The notes under the pieces were generated by a model. The model was not told the DNA's origin and searched no databases. It worked only from the letters and a program-made list of their open reading frames with translations. A DNA stretch of 64,000 nucleotides from contig CBDCYI010000004.1 in NCBI GenBank assembly GCA_965224085.1, positions 928,001 through 992,000 on the forward strand, written 5' to 3'. Positions 1 through 11,070 of the stretch are shown here, piece after piece. How positions within the stretch are numbered: the stretch's first letter is position 1; every line of letters begins with the position of its first letter. This DNA is from Candidatus Marinacidobacterales bacterium (GTDB lineage Bacteria > Acidobacteriota > Vicinamibacteria > Marinacidobacterales > SMYC01). Position numbers and translations under genes: made by a program.

Positions 1-97
1 AGGCGCGCCGGCGAAAGAGCGACGCCACACGGTCCAAAACGCCCGGTCGGTCTTCGACGAGAACGACGAAAGTGCGGGGGCGCATGCTCGGCTCCAT
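1..97 (-). CDS. ilvN: Acetolactate synthase small subunit, 5' part (runs off the window edge)
   Basis: Manual translation MEPSMRPRTFVVLVEDRPGVLDRVASLFRRRA matches the IlvN ACT-domain start; lies directly downstream of ilvB. Confidence 0.85.
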   Translation of the reverse strand, partial: MEPSMRPRTFVVLVEDRPGVLDRVASLFRRRA

Positions 98-101
98 CAC
101 G

Positions 102-1847
102 CTAGTCCTTTTTCACCAGCGCCGAGTCGTCTTTCTTCTTGAGCGGCGGTTCCGGCCGCCGGATCATCGTTTCGATTTCCTTGCCTGGAGGCACCATTGG
201 GTAGACAGTGTCTTCCTTCTCGACGCGAAAATCGATCACGACGGTCCCGTCCGCCCCACGCGCGGTGGCGACAGCCTCTTCGATGCCCGCCCGCTTTTTC
301 ACGCGCAGCCCAAGGAGACCGTGCGCCTCAGCGAGCTTGACGAAATCCGGGTTCTGCATCGGGGTCGACGCGTAGCGCTTGTCGTAGAAAAATTCCTGCC
401 ATTGGCGCACCATTCCGAGATAGCCATTATTAATGATGGCGATGTTCACTTTCAGCTTCTCTTGCGCACAGGTCGATAGCTCCGCTGCCGTCATCTGAAA
501 TCCGCCGTCACCCACGACGACCCAAACTTCCTCGTCCGGCCGCGCGAACTTCGCGCCGATGGCCGCGGGGAGCGCGAAGCCCATGGTACCGAGACCGCCG
601 GAGGTGATGAGCTTTCGCGGCGCGTCGTGCTTGTAATATTGTGCCTCCCACATTTGGTGCTGGCCGACATCGGTGACGACGAGAGCATTCCCTTCCGTCA
701 AGTTCCACAAATCGCTGATGACGTGGGCCGCATAGAGATGGCCGCTATCGGGAAGCTGCTGAATGTCACGGACCGCTGAGCCACCCTTGAGATCGCGGAT
801 GAAGCCGTGCCACGGCGCTAAGTCCTGGCAGGATACTTTCGGCGCAAGAGCGTCGAGCAAGCCCGCGAGATCGCCGATGAGGGCGACGTCGACTTGAACG
901 ATCTTGTTCACCTCGGAAGGGTCGATCTCGACATGGATCTTGCGTGCAGCCGGGGCAAACTTTTTCGGGTCACCGACAACGCGATCGTCGAAGCGCATGC
1001 CAAGCGCGAGCAGAACGTCGGCGTTTTGGATGGCTTGGTTCACCCAAGCCTCGCCGTGCATGCCCATCATGCCGAGATTCAATGGATGGGTCGCGGGAAA
1101 GCCGCCAATACCGAGAAGCGTCATCGCGACGGGGATCTTTGTCTTCTCCACGAAGTCGTCGAGCCGCCGTGTCGCGCCCGAAAGCGTCACGCCGCGTCCC
1201 AGGAGAATGAGGGGGCGCTTCGCAGTGCTCAGGATCTCCGCGGCGTGCTCGAGCTCTTCCGGGCTTACCGTGTGTAGCGGGCGCCTCCTCGCGGAGGACG
1301 ACGGAAGCTTGACTGGCGCCTCATCCCATACATAGTCACATTTACCCTGCTGCGCGTCCTTAGTGATGTCGATGAGCACGGGACCAGGACGACCGCTCTC
1401 GGCGATATGGAACGCCTGTTTGATGATCGGGGCAATGTTCTCGGTCTTGGTCACGAGAAAATTGTGCTTCGTGATCGGCAGGGTAACGCCCGTGATGTCC
1501 GTTTCTTGAAACGCATCTGTACCGATGACACTGCTCGGAACTTGCCCTGTAATGAAGACGACCGGCGACGAATCGAGCATCGCGGTGGCGATCCCCGTGA
1601 CGAGATTCGTGGCTCCTGGGCCCGAGGTCGCGATCGCGACGCCGGCGCGCCCAGCAGCGCGCCCAAAGCCATCGGCCATGTGCGCCGCACCTTGCTCGTG
1701 CCGCACGAGAACATGATGAATACTCGAATCGAGAAGGGCGTCGTAGGCAGGTAAAATCGCGCCGCCAGGATAGCCGAAGACCGTCTCGACGCCTTGGTGC
1801 TCGAGAACATCCCAGAGGATCTGTGCTCCTGTCTTGCGCGTTGTCAT
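102..1847 (-). CDS. ilvB: Acetolactate synthase large subunit, biosynthetic type
   Basis: 581 aa; FGYPGGAILP, VRHEQGAAHMADG, TSGPGATN, TDVGQHQMW, GDGGFQM..NNGYLGMVRQWQ ThDP motifs. Confidence 0.96.
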   Translation of the reverse strand: MTTRKTGAQILWDVLEHQGVETVFGYPGGAILPAYDALLDSSIHHVLVRHEQGAAHMADGFGRAAGRAGVAIATSGPGATNLVTGIATAMLDSSPVVFITGQVPSSVIGTDAFQETDITGVTLPITKHNFLVTKTENIAPIIKQAFHIAESGRPGPVLIDITKDAQQGKCDYVWDEAPVKLPSSSARRRPLHTVSPEELEHAAEILSTAKRPLILLGRGVTLSGATRRLDDFVEKTKIPVAMTLLGIGGFPATHPLNLGMMGMHGEAWVNQAIQNADVLLALGMRFDDRVVGDPKKFAPAARKIHVEIDPSEVNKIVQVDVALIGDLAGLLDALAPKVSCQDLAPWHGFIRDLKGGSAVRDIQQLPDSGHLYAAHVISDLWNLTEGNALVVTDVGQHQMWEAQYYKHDAPRKLITSGGLGTMGFALPAAIGAKFARPDEEVWVVVGDGGFQMTAAELSTCAQEKLKVNIAIINNGYLGMVRQWQEFFYDKRYASTPMQNPDFVKLAEAHGLLGLRVKKRAGIEEAVATARGADGTVVIDFRVEKEDTVYPMVPPGKEIETMIRRPEPPLKKKDDSALVKKD

Positions 1848-1859
1848 GATTTACTTAAT

Positions 1860-1877
1860 TTACCGACCGGTTGGTAA
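1860..1877. promoter_or_regulatory. Near-perfect palindrome TTACCGACCGGTTGGTAA, candidate repressor operator
   Basis: 18-bp dyad with one mismatched pair, 12 bp upstream of the ilvB start; resembles TetR-family operators. Confidence 0.45.
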
Positions 1878-2154
1878 TCAAAACATCTTAACACAAATGG
1901 AGACAGCGCCCAATTCGTGCTAACCGATTCTAACGTAAAGGCTTGACACGACCCTGTAAATCTGAAAATCTCCGACCATGGTAGCGCCACGGCAACGATG
2001 ACGAAACGAGCTTCTCATCGCCGTCTACAGAGCGCGGAAATCGACGCGAGCGTCGAGCTCGAGGGTGCGTTGCTCGATGCGTTTGTCCCCGCGGTCGCGC
2101 GCGGCGGGCGGAACCCTCGAGCCAAGAAACACTGACTTGCCGTGACGCGACGCA

Positions 2155-2810
2155 TTAGTAAAAGACGATTTTATCACCGCGCAGGGACGCGAGCTCCCGC
2201 ACGTGTTCGACGAGCAGGTCGCGCCGGGCGAGAAGGTTGCGCACCTCGAGGCCATCGAGATATGGCGACACCGCTCGGCGGAGCTCATCGCCAGTGAGTG
2301 CAACGATCTTCTCCCACAAACGGCGATCCACTCAAACGATGCGATCGTCGAGAAGCTCGGGTACGATCTGAAACGCGCGCGTGTGGTCAATGAGCCAGAG
2401 TCGATGCTCGCGGTCGACGAGCAGATTCGCCGAGTTTCGATCCACGTTGAATTACCAAGTTGTCGACAAGTACATGCTCCAGAGCTGGTTCACCAACTGC
2501 TGAGCGTTTGCGGGTCGAAAGAGCCGATCGCCCACCTTCGCATTCTCCCGCTCGACATCCACCTCCCGGAAGATCGCGTGGGCGCGAATTCCATCTTTTT
2601 CGAGAAGGATCTTGCGGGACTCGTTGATCCCGATGTCGAGTGGTCGCGACACTCTCTACGCTTCCGGTGCGAAGGAAATGGATGAGCTCCTCATCCCGTT
2701 CGAAACGGGAGCTCGGTCCCGGTGGGAGCGAGCCACGCATGTTCGCTTTGTATGGCAAACGCCGAGGCCGCAAAGATGAGACCGGCGAGACTCAGCTTCA
2801 GCTTCATCAT
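2155..2810 (-). pseudogene. Secreted PI3/4-kinase-like (atypical kinase fold) protein, frameshifted and internally deleted
   Basis: Pieces in different frames: MMKLKLSLAGLIFAASAFA (signal), DEELIHFLRTG, KILLEKDGIRAHAIFREVD, VDRNSANLLVDREHRLWLIDHTRAFQ, ending KIVFY*. Confidence 0.6.
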
Positions 2811-2932
2811 CGCACCGAGCCTACCACAGGCATTTGACGAGCCTCGGATGCTTTCACCCGGTACAACGCGATTCGCTTCACAACTTCCCGACAGCTAGAA
2901 TCACGCGGACCAGTGTTCTGAGAGGATCGTCG

Positions 2933-3394
2933 ATGCTATCGACCATGGAGCTCATCGTCGCGCTCAAGGAGATATCCCTTTTCGCCGCCGTCCGCGGGGA
3001 GGGGTTGAAGCGCATCTCCGACGCGGTTCGGGAAACGCGGATGGCCAGCGGGGAGCTCATTTTCGCCGAGCGGGATCGCGGCGACGAAATGTACATGATC
3101 CATTCCGGGAAAGTCTCGATTTTTGCCGGCCACGCCCCCTCCGAGAAGCTTATCGCGACACTCAACAGAGGAGCTTACTTCGGAGAGATGGCCATTATTG
3201 ACGACCAACCGCGACCCGCCTCTGCGAGGGCCGAAGAGACCTCGACGTTGCTCGTCCTTCGCAAGCGGGATTTTCGTGTTGCGGTGCTCGATTATCCAGA
3301 CATCGCTTTCGCGATGTTCGAGGAGTTCGCCCGGCGTCTACGCAAAGTGAACGAACAGGCCTATTCTCCGTCGGGAGCACATGGAGATTCGTAA
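2933..3394 (+). CDS. Stand-alone cyclic-nucleotide-binding domain protein
   Basis: IFAERDRGDEMYMIHSG and YFGEMAIIDDQPRPASA cNMP motifs; GAGGA RBS before ATG 2933; no HTH. Confidence 0.88.
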   Translation: MLSTMELIVALKEISLFAAVRGEGLKRISDAVRETRMASGELIFAERDRGDEMYMIHSGKVSIFAGHAPSEKLIATLNRGAYFGEMAIIDDQPRPASARAEETSTLLVLRKRDFRVAVLDYPDIAFAMFEEFARRLRKVNEQAYSPSGAHGDS

Positions 3395-6200
3395 AGCTTT
3401 CAACATCCTCGAGATGGACCAGCGTCCCATCCTGCTCCTCGGGGCGCTCCACTTTGTGGTGGCGGCAGCGTACACGCTTTTCGATATCGGCATCACATCG
3501 CTCCTGGTAGCGAATCTCGGCGCGGAGGTGCTGCCACAAGTCTATGTTGGAAGTGCGCTGCTTCTCATCTTCGCCAGTCTGTTCATCATTCCAGTCATCG
3601 ATCGGCTGGACCGATTCAAGCTCTTCGCGGCGACGCTGATCCTTTTCGCCGCCGTGCTAGCCCTCTCACACCATCAGGGCGAGCAAGCTCCAGGTCTCAT
3701 CTATCGCGCGCTCTACGTGCTCTCCTATCTGATGAAGAGCTTGCTCTTCCTGCAGTTCTGGCTGATCGCAGGCGAGGTCTGTGACCTCCGGCAAGCGAAG
3801 CGCTTGTTCCCCATCTTGCTCGGCTTCAGCCTTGCAGGAGGAGTGACCGCCTCGGCGGCGGCCTCCATACTGCCGCGATGGATGCCCACGGAAGATCTTC
3901 TGCTGACCGCCGCCGTGTTGCTGGTAGCCGCGCTAATTCCGACGCGTAGCGTCGCCCAACAATACGGAGCTCATCTCGAACGACCTCAGATCCCAGGAAG
4001 ATTCAAGGTGAAGGACTCCCTCTATCGCCTTTGGTCCGATTTGCGCATCTCGCTCTCATCGCCCCTCCTGAGAAGCATCTCGACGTCGTTCCTGCTGTTC
4101 GCCTTTCTGGCACAGGTGCTCGACTTTCTCATGGGTAAAGCTGCAAGTGTCCGATTTACAGAAATGGGGGGAGTCGACGCAGAAGCGCTCACCTCCTTCT
4201 ATGCTCTGTTGAACGGCAGTGTCATCGGAGTAGGCGCCTTAGTGCAGCTTCTCGCCGCCAACCGGCTGATCTCCTCGCTCGGCGTTACCCGAGGGCAGCT
4301 TGCAGCTCCGCTCGCGGTTCTCACCGGCTTCGCCTCAATTGGGGTGGTGCTGATCGCGACTTCCGACGCGCTCGGACCGGAATTCTTTTTCGCCGTGCTC
4401 GCAAGCCGAGCCGTGCAAAAGGTGCTGCGGATCTCCATCCATCGGACCTCTACAGACCTCGTCTTCAATCCGATTCCCGCCGATCGGCGTGGCCGTGCTA
4501 AAGCCTTCAAGGAAACGATCATCGAGCCCGCGGGCGTGCTGATAGGAGGGCTCTTCCTGCTTGCTAACGACTTGTTCGAGCTGCGCACACTCGTCATCGC
4601 AGCGCTCGTAGTGTCGGGAGCGTTTCTTCTGGTCTCCCTTCGATTGCACTCCGCTTACCTCGCAAGCCTGGTCGGGATCCTCGAAGAGAAGAGCCGGCTT
4701 CGCTTTGCGTTCCCATCGAGCGATGCACCGCAAGCGATGGTACAAACGCGGCGAACACGGGATATGTCGGATCTCGAAAGAGCTCTGAACGACGACGAAG
4801 TTTCGGTGAGACTCCTCGGCGTCGAGGTAGCCGCCGAGCTCCGCGATCCCGCCGCTGCCCCGCTTCTCGCTGACGGCGTGCGCCGGGAGCAGGATCCACG
4901 GGTGCGCGCCACGATGGTGGCGGCACTCGGTCGCCTGCTGCGCAAAAACGACGAATCGATGCGGCTCCTGGAACCGGCGCTCGAGGACAGGGACCCGAGG
5001 GTACGCGCCAACGGGATCGAAGCACTCGCCCAGATCGGCCTGGCACACCCGGACTCACTGCTCCCGTCCTTCGAGACGGATCCGGAAGCGAGAATCCGCG
5101 CCAACGCGGCGGTCGCCTGTAGTCGCTTCGATCCGGAGCGGGGAGCCGACTATGGCCGCGAGATTCTCGAAGAGATGTACCGGACCGAGGAGGAGGCGCA
5201 CCAACGTTCGGCGCTGTACGGACTGGGCGAGATCGGCGATGCCCGCTCCATTAGGCTCCTGGACGAAGCGCTCGTCGACGAGAGTCTGGCGGTCCGCCGT
5301 CAAGCTATTCTCAGCCTGGCCCAGGCCGGTCGGCGCGAGGCGATCGGGCGTCTCGTTCGATTCATGGAGGAAGGCAACGGCACCACGCGCCGGCTCGCCG
5401 CGCGGGCTCTTGCCGGTTCGGGAGAAGCGGCGGTCGAACCGCTCCTTCTCTCGCTCTGGGGCTCTGAAGTCGACGTGCGACGCCACGCCATCGAGGCGCT
5501 GGACGGGATCGGATCGACACGGGCGGACCAGGCACTTCTCCAAATCCTCTCACTCGAAGCCGAGCAGTCCTACTACGACCTCGTGCGCTTGCAGAGACTC
5601 CGAACCCTTCCGCAGAAGCCGGGTCTTCGCCTCGTATGCGACGCGCTCGTCGACCGCGTCAAGGGCGCCAAAGAGAACACTCTCGACGTTCTGGACAGCG
5701 TCTTCGGTGAGCGCGACGGCATGCGCCTCATCCTCGGAAATCTCACCCACCCCGAGCTCAACGTGCGATCGAACGCCGTCGAGGCGCTCGAAGTGCGCGT
5801 CGACGCCGATGTTCTGGGCGGCATCCAGCCCCTCTTCGAGCACGCGAACCTGACAACCGTCGCCGAACATGGCCGGACGCTCTATGACCTTCCGACCAAA
5901 CAGCCGATCGAGGTGCTCTTCGAGCTGGCCCGCGACCCCTCCGGCTGGACTCGGGCCTGCGCCCTATACGCGCTCGGTGAGCTCGGGAGTCAAGAGGCGG
6001 TCCAGCATCTCGCACAGAGGACCAACGACCCCTATGAGCTGGCGCGCTTGAACGCCATCCACGGGCTTGGCCGTCTCGCGTCGAAGAGCAGCCTCTCGAT
6101 CCTGGAGCGTATCGACAAGGGCAAGGACACGACCGCGCGCCAATACGCGAAGGATGCTATCAAGAGCATCAAATCGCGCATCATCATCGCAAGCGATTAG
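3381..6200 (+). CDS. Npt/TLC-like nucleotide translocase (MFS) domain fused to HEAT repeats
   Basis: About 420 aa hydrophobic N-terminus with QFWLIAGEVCDLRQAKRLFP and FNPIPADRRGRAKAF, then repeated DxDxRVRANA-type HEAT units. Confidence 0.85.
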   Translation: MEIRKAFNILEMDQRPILLLGALHFVVAAAYTLFDIGITSLLVANLGAEVLPQVYVGSALLLIFASLFIIPVIDRLDRFKLFAATLILFAAVLALSHHQGEQAPGLIYRALYVLSYLMKSLLFLQFWLIAGEVCDLRQAKRLFPILLGFSLAGGVTASAAASILPRWMPTEDLLLTAAVLLVAALIPTRSVAQQYGAHLERPQIPGRFKVKDSLYRLWSDLRISLSSPLLRSISTSFLLFAFLAQVLDFLMGKAASVRFTEMGGVDAEALTSFYALLNGSVIGVGALVQLLAANRLISSLGVTRGQLAAPLAVLTGFASIGVVLIATSDALGPEFFFAVLASRAVQKVLRISIHRTSTDLVFNPIPADRRGRAKAFKETIIEPAGVLIGGLFLLANDLFELRTLVIAALVVSGAFLLVSLRLHSAYLASLVGILEEKSRLRFAFPSSDAPQAMVQTRRTRDMSDLERALNDDEVSVRLLGVEVAAELRDPAAAPLLADGVRREQDPRVRATMVAALGRLLRKNDESMRLLEPALEDRDPRVRANGIEALAQIGLAHPDSLLPSFETDPEARIRANAAVACSRFDPERGADYGREILEEMYRTEEEAHQRSALYGLGEIGDARSIRLLDEALVDESLAVRRQAILSLAQAGRREAIGRLVRFMEEGNGTTRRLAARALAGSGEAAVEPLLLSLWGSEVDVRRHAIEALDGIGSTRADQALLQILSLEAEQSYYDLVRLQRLRTLPQKPGLRLVCDALVDRVKGAKENTLDVLDSVFGERDGMRLILGNLTHPELNVRSNAVEALEVRVDADVLGGIQPLFEHANLTTVAEHGRTLYDLPTKQPIEVLFELARDPSGWTRACALYALGELGSQEAVQHLAQRTNDPYELARLNAIHGLGRLASKSSLSILERIDKGKDTTARQYAKDAIKSIKSRIIIASD

Positions 6201-6208
6201 CGTGCCCG

Positions 6209-7798
6209 CTAGATTTCCCCCAGGTCCATCTGCTTGACCGCGTAGTCACAGGCGCGCGCGGTCAACATCATGTAGGTGATCGACGGATTTACGCAGGACG
6301 AAGATGTCATACACGCGCCATCGGTTACAAAGAGGTTCGGCACGTCGTGCACCTGATTGTGGCCATTCAAGACCGACGTCGCCGGGTCGCGCCCCATCCG
6401 CGCCGTGCCCATCTCGTGGATCGTAAGTCCCGGCGGGTTGTCTTCGACGAAGGTCGAGACGTCTTTGGCGCCCGATGCGTCGAGCATTTCCGCCGCGGTC
6501 ACGGCGGCATCTTCGAGAAGCGCAGGCTCGTTCTCTGCCCACGTCATGTCGACTCGAAGCGCAGGAATACCCCATTTGTCCTTTGCGACCGGGTCAATGG
6601 TCACGTAGTTGTTCTCACTCGGCAAGCACTCACCGAAACCGTAGAATCGGAGCTTCCACGAACCATAGTTTCTGAGAGCGTGCTTGAAATCAGCGCCGAA
6701 GCCTGGGGTATCGAGTCCGTGCTGCCAGCGCTCGCGGAAGCCGCTGCCTTGAAAGCCGTAGCCGCGCAAAAAGCCACGGCTCTTCGACGTCACGTTGCGC
6801 AAACGCGGCACTTAAAGTCCGTTGGGACGCCGGCCGTAATCCGTTTTGTCCTCGTTGCCAGAAAGCGTGCCCTCGGCACCGCCACCCATGACGTGGTCCA
6901 TCAAGTTCTTGCCGAGCTGCCCGCTCGAGTTGGCGAGCCCGTCGGAAAAACGAAGTGTTTTCGAGTTCAGCAAAATGCGGGTGGACTCGAGCGCGGAGGG
7001 CGCAGAGAAAGATGACCCTTCCATAAACCTCGAAGCTCTCGTGTGTATTGGCGTCGATGACGCGGATACCGGTCGCACGGTGCGTCCCTTCGTCGTAGAT
7101 CACGCTATGAACGACGCTGTAGGGCCGGAGCGTCAGGCGTCCGGTCGCGCGCGCCACCGGCAAGGTTGCATTCACACTGCTGAAATAAGACCGTGTGATG
7201 CAGCCCCGGCGGCACGGCCCGCAATAGTGACATGGCGCGCGTCCTTTGTGCTGTTCGGTCAACACGGCGCAGCGGCCAATCGTGAGCATCCGGCCGTCGT
7301 CGAACTTCCCTTTCAGCGAGTCGCGAACGTGCTGCTCCGCACAGTTGAGCTCCATCGGCGGCAGAAACTTTCCGTCCGGAAGCTGCGGCAAGTTCTCTCT
7401 CTGGCCGCTGATGCCAGCGAACTCTTCAACGTAGTCGTACCAAGGTGCGATCTCGTCGTAGCGGATCGGCCAGTTGACGCCGATACCTTCCTTCACGTTC
7501 GCTTCGAAGTCCAGATCACTCCACCGATAGGTCTGCCGCGCCCACATGATCGAGCGCCCACCCACGTGGCGGCCGCGAATCCAATGAAACGGCTTGTCTT
7601 TGTCGAAAGTGTAGGGGTGCTCGTGATCGTTCACGAAGAACTTGCTCGACCATTCGTCACAGGCATAGCAGTTTTTTTGAATTCGAGAACGAGTGTCTCG
7701 AGCCCTTTCTCGGTGAGCTCCTTGGCGGCATAGCCGCCGCTGATGCCCGAGCCCACGACGATCGCGTCGTACTCTTTGCGCTGCGCCAGAAACACCAT
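6209..7798 (-). pseudogene. GMC family oxidoreductase (glucoside/gluconate dehydrogenase flavoprotein), disrupted
   Basis: MVFLAQRKEYDAIVVGSGISGGYAAKELTEKG start, internal deletion near 7680, frameshifts near 7000 and 6812; HEMGTARMG and CVNPSITYM at the C-terminus. Confidence 0.88.
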
Positions 7799-7800
7799 CG

Positions 7801-8150
7801 CTAGACTTCGATGTTGCGGCCGATATTGCGATCGATATTACGAATGGAAACGCAACCTTCATAAGAGCCGGGAAAGACGACATGTCCGAGCTCCTGATCC
7901 ATCCCGATTTCCGAGGTGTAGTAGCCCCAGAGCGTGAGCCATTTCATCACGTTGAAAAACGGTTGGGCCGCGGGGGAATCCGATGTCGCCACCGGACTCC
8001 TGCTCGTCGCGCGCTCCTCTTGCTCCGCGAGCGCGGCCTCCTCGGCTCTCTCCAGATCGCGATCTGCTCGGCTGTCTCGCGCTCGATGAACGGCGTTTCG
8101 TCACCGTCGAGCTCCGCCAAACCTTTTCGGAAACTTGCGCGTCTGGCCGG
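7801..8150 (-). pseudogene. Gluconate 2-dehydrogenase subunit 3-family remnant
   Basis: PFFNVMKWLTLWGYYTSEIG motif directly upstream of the GMC gene; 5' end missing. Confidence 0.75.
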
Positions 8151-8164
8151 GATGTCCGTCGACA

Positions 8165-8280
8165 GTGCGATGAAGACGCGGCAGTTCTACTTGCTCTAGA
8201 CGATCATGTTCTTGAACGTCACGGCGGGCATCGGCGTGCTCGGTCAAGCCTCGCCCATGATTCAGGAAGTGTTCGACAGC
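8165..8280 (+). pseudogene. OFA-family MFS transporter internal fragment
   Basis: MKTRQFYLL*TIMFLNVTAGIGVLGQASPMIQEVF; TAG stands where a conserved Trp is expected. Confidence 0.7.
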
Positions 8281-8311
8281 TTCAGCGTCTCGGCAGAGCG
8301 GGCCTACGGCG

Positions 8312-9808
8312 TCACGATGTACGTGATGGGGTCTGGGTGACCGAGTAATACCCGTTCACGCGCAGATTCGTGTAGAAGGCGAAGTTTCCGTCGATGCCAA
8401 GGAGACTGTTGGAGAGACCGTTCTCCGAGACCGAGCTCGTACGGTGGGTGGCCATGAAGCCGATATCGCTTCGGGCAAGCACGTCTCGACGCGCCCGCAT
8501 GACCGTGAAGTTCGTCGGATCGATGCTGCCCTCTATGCCGTCCGTTTGGATGTTGAGCGCGCCGACGCGGAACTTCCCCGACCGCCCCGTTAAGCGACCC
8601 CCTGCGATGATGGGGTCGACCCCCCCATCGGTGAGACCAATCCGCCGGCTGAAGAACATGATCGGCGTCAAGTTCTGGGTATTGCTGCCTCTACGCCGAA
8701 ATCCCCCGCCGCGCAGTTGCCGGCCACCGAAGACAAAGATATTTTGGCCTTCGAGAAAAAACTCACGCTTCTCGGGAAAAAACAAGCTGAAACGGGTCAA
8801 GTTGACCTGTTGCTCGTCCGCCTCGACTTGGGCGAAGTCGGTATTATAGGTGAAATCAGCAATGAGACCTTTGGTCAGTCCGTATTTCACATCAAAGCCG
8901 AAATCACCGTCGAGGTCGTTCGAGACGGGTGGGTCTTCGTCGACATCCGTGATCACGGACGAGATGCCATAGGGTTTGAGCTCGAGGTTCCGCGACGAGA
9001 AAGGCGCCTGAATGCCCACGAGAGTCGCAGACTCCGAGAAACGATAGATGCCGCGGAATCGGTGCGAGGCCTTGATGGGAGACAGAAACGAATCCTCGTT
9101 CTTCCAGCGCACGGTGCGGCGGAGGTTGATGCTCCAAACTTGATCGCGGCCCTTCTTATATCGGAGCGACTTGAACGGAATGACGATCTCCACCGTCCAG
9201 CCTTGGTCATCCCTCGAGGCTTTGACGTCCCACACCGTATTCCAATCGTTGTTGTTTGCGTTCCCTTCATCGCTAACGCTCTGATCGCGAAGCGCCCCGA
9301 GAGGGTTCGTTTGGAAGAAGAACCCGTTGCGGCGGTCGTAAAAGGTATCGAGCACGACGGTGAAGTTCTCGTTCTGGAAGATGTTCCGGTGGTCGCGCCG
9401 CATCTCGTTGACGACCATCCGCTCGGGACGGCTGTCCCAGCAACGCGCCGAGACGTAGATGTTCTCGTCGTCGAAGAACACCCACGCTTCTGTTTTTTCC
9501 GTGGCTAGCTGGCCTTCGTCCGGCTCCTGCTGAATGAAATCGCTGACGGAAGGGACTCTCGCGTAAGGGGGGTCATCCAGCTTCCCGTCGAGCACAATGG
9601 GCTCGGTGACGCGCGTCGCGCGCAAGGTGACGCGGCCCATCTCGTCACGAGAAATGACCGCTGGCGCTAATGGAGCCGGCGGACCGTGAAGAACAACGGG
9701 CGTCTCGGTCGTGTCGTCGTCGTCGACGGCGAACGCTTCAGCCACCAAAAAAGGCCACAATAATAGGAACAATGACGCGGCGTACCGCGACGGTAGAGCG
9801 AGCTTCAT
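8312..9808 (-). pseudogene. CBM9-like / DUF5916 domain protein, C-terminally truncated
   Basis: LDGKLDD, WNTVWDV, IPFKSLRY, NTDFAQVEADEQQVNLTRFSLFFPEKREFFLEG, FFSRRIGL; ends abruptly against the MFS fragment. Confidence 0.75.
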
Positions 9809-10039
9809 ACGATGCCTAGCCGGCTGAAGCTTAACGCAGAACCCGCCCTGCTGCCATCGCCCGTCGGGCGGCCCGGCGGCTCGGGGACGAGCGCACTTAC
9901 CGCGTGCAGGATACGAAGTGGCCCGGACCCTCATCCCAGGCCCGGCGACTCCGCAAAGGACCGACGCCTTTTGCCTGGACGCCTTCTGCCATACTAGACG
10001 AGGAAAAGCTAGAAATCATTACGGCTTACGAGGTATGGG

Positions 10040-10315
10040 ATGAGTGATAAACGGCACGTCGATCTTGAAATCACCTATCGGGATGGTCGTCCCAGGCTCG
10101 GTTATCTTTACCTGTCGGACCCCGGTTAAAAAAGCGAGCACTCTCGTCGCATCTCGCCCCAGATCGTTGTCGACATCAACAAGCACAATGAGCTCATCGG
10201 AATCGAGCTCCTGGACCCAGAAAGCACAACTGTCGACTCTATCAACAATGTTCTCGAGCAATACGGTTTGGAGCCGCTCAAAAGATCCGACCTGAAACCG
10301 CTACTGGCCGCGTAG
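10040..10315 (+). pseudogene. DUF2283-like small protein (often TA-associated), with internal stop and frameshift
   Basis: MSDKRHVDLEITYRDGRPRLGYLYLSDPG*...IVVDINKHNELIGIELLDP...LKPLLAA*. Confidence 0.6.
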
Positions 10316-10329
10316 CCTAGCCCCGCCCT

Positions 10330-11070
10330 TAGGCGCAGACCTCGATCTGCGGCACAAGCTTCGGTACTGAAAGCAAGATGTCGGCTTCGGTGAGCTTCCC
10401 GCAAAGGCCGGAAAGACCTCCTCGAGAGAGCCATACGGCGGCGACTCCCTGCGAACTCTTGGAGCTCGACAGATCCGGGTCACCGTCCCACCGCGGTAGT
10501 TCTTCCATTGGCGAAAACGCTCCGCAATCGGCGTATCGGCGATATGTTTGCCGTCCGGGGAATAGGAAGCTTTGACGGCGTGCGGGATCGGAAGCTCGAC
10601 GGTGTACCCGCTAGAACCGGCACTGTGTAGAGCTTACGGTGGCGGTTGGTGTGGACGCGGCGCGGGGAGCTGAAAAGGACGGCGGCTCCGTCCGCGGTGA
10701 AGTCGCGCGCGATGTCGGCGCCGGGATGCCACGTGAGTCGTCGCGGCTCGCCTCCGGTAGCCGGCACGACGTAGACGTCCAAGTTGCCATCGTACTCAGC
10801 GCTGAACGCGATGAGCGCGCCGTCGGGCGAAAAGCACGGATTCGACTCCGTGCCCTCGTGAGACGTGAGGCGGCGCACGTCGCTCCCATCGCGGCGTGCG
10901 GACCATAGATCGCCTGCATAGATGAAGGCGATGTGCGAAGCGCTCACCGCCGGCTGACCGAGCAGCCTCGTGTCACGCGTGTCTACCGCGTGGACGGCGG
11001 GAACTAGCGCCAGGATCGTGATGCAAGCGGCGACGCTCCGATAGGTTGCGCGAGCTCGATAGGATTGCAA
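10330..11070 (-). pseudogene. Tricorn-like S41 protease N-terminal beta-propeller remnant
   Basis: TRLLGQPAVSASHIAFIYAGDLW, RRLTSHEG, FSPDG, RRLTWHPG; frameshift near 10600; no catalytic domain. Confidence 0.8.

Noticed and set aside
2203-2685. 160-aa plus-strand ORF
   Set aside because: Antisense to the kinase-like pseudogene; no motifs
7809-7844. Three imperfect 12-bp tandem units (RNID/RNIG/RNIE)
   Set aside because: Short local duplication at a gene end; no spacers, not CRISPR-like
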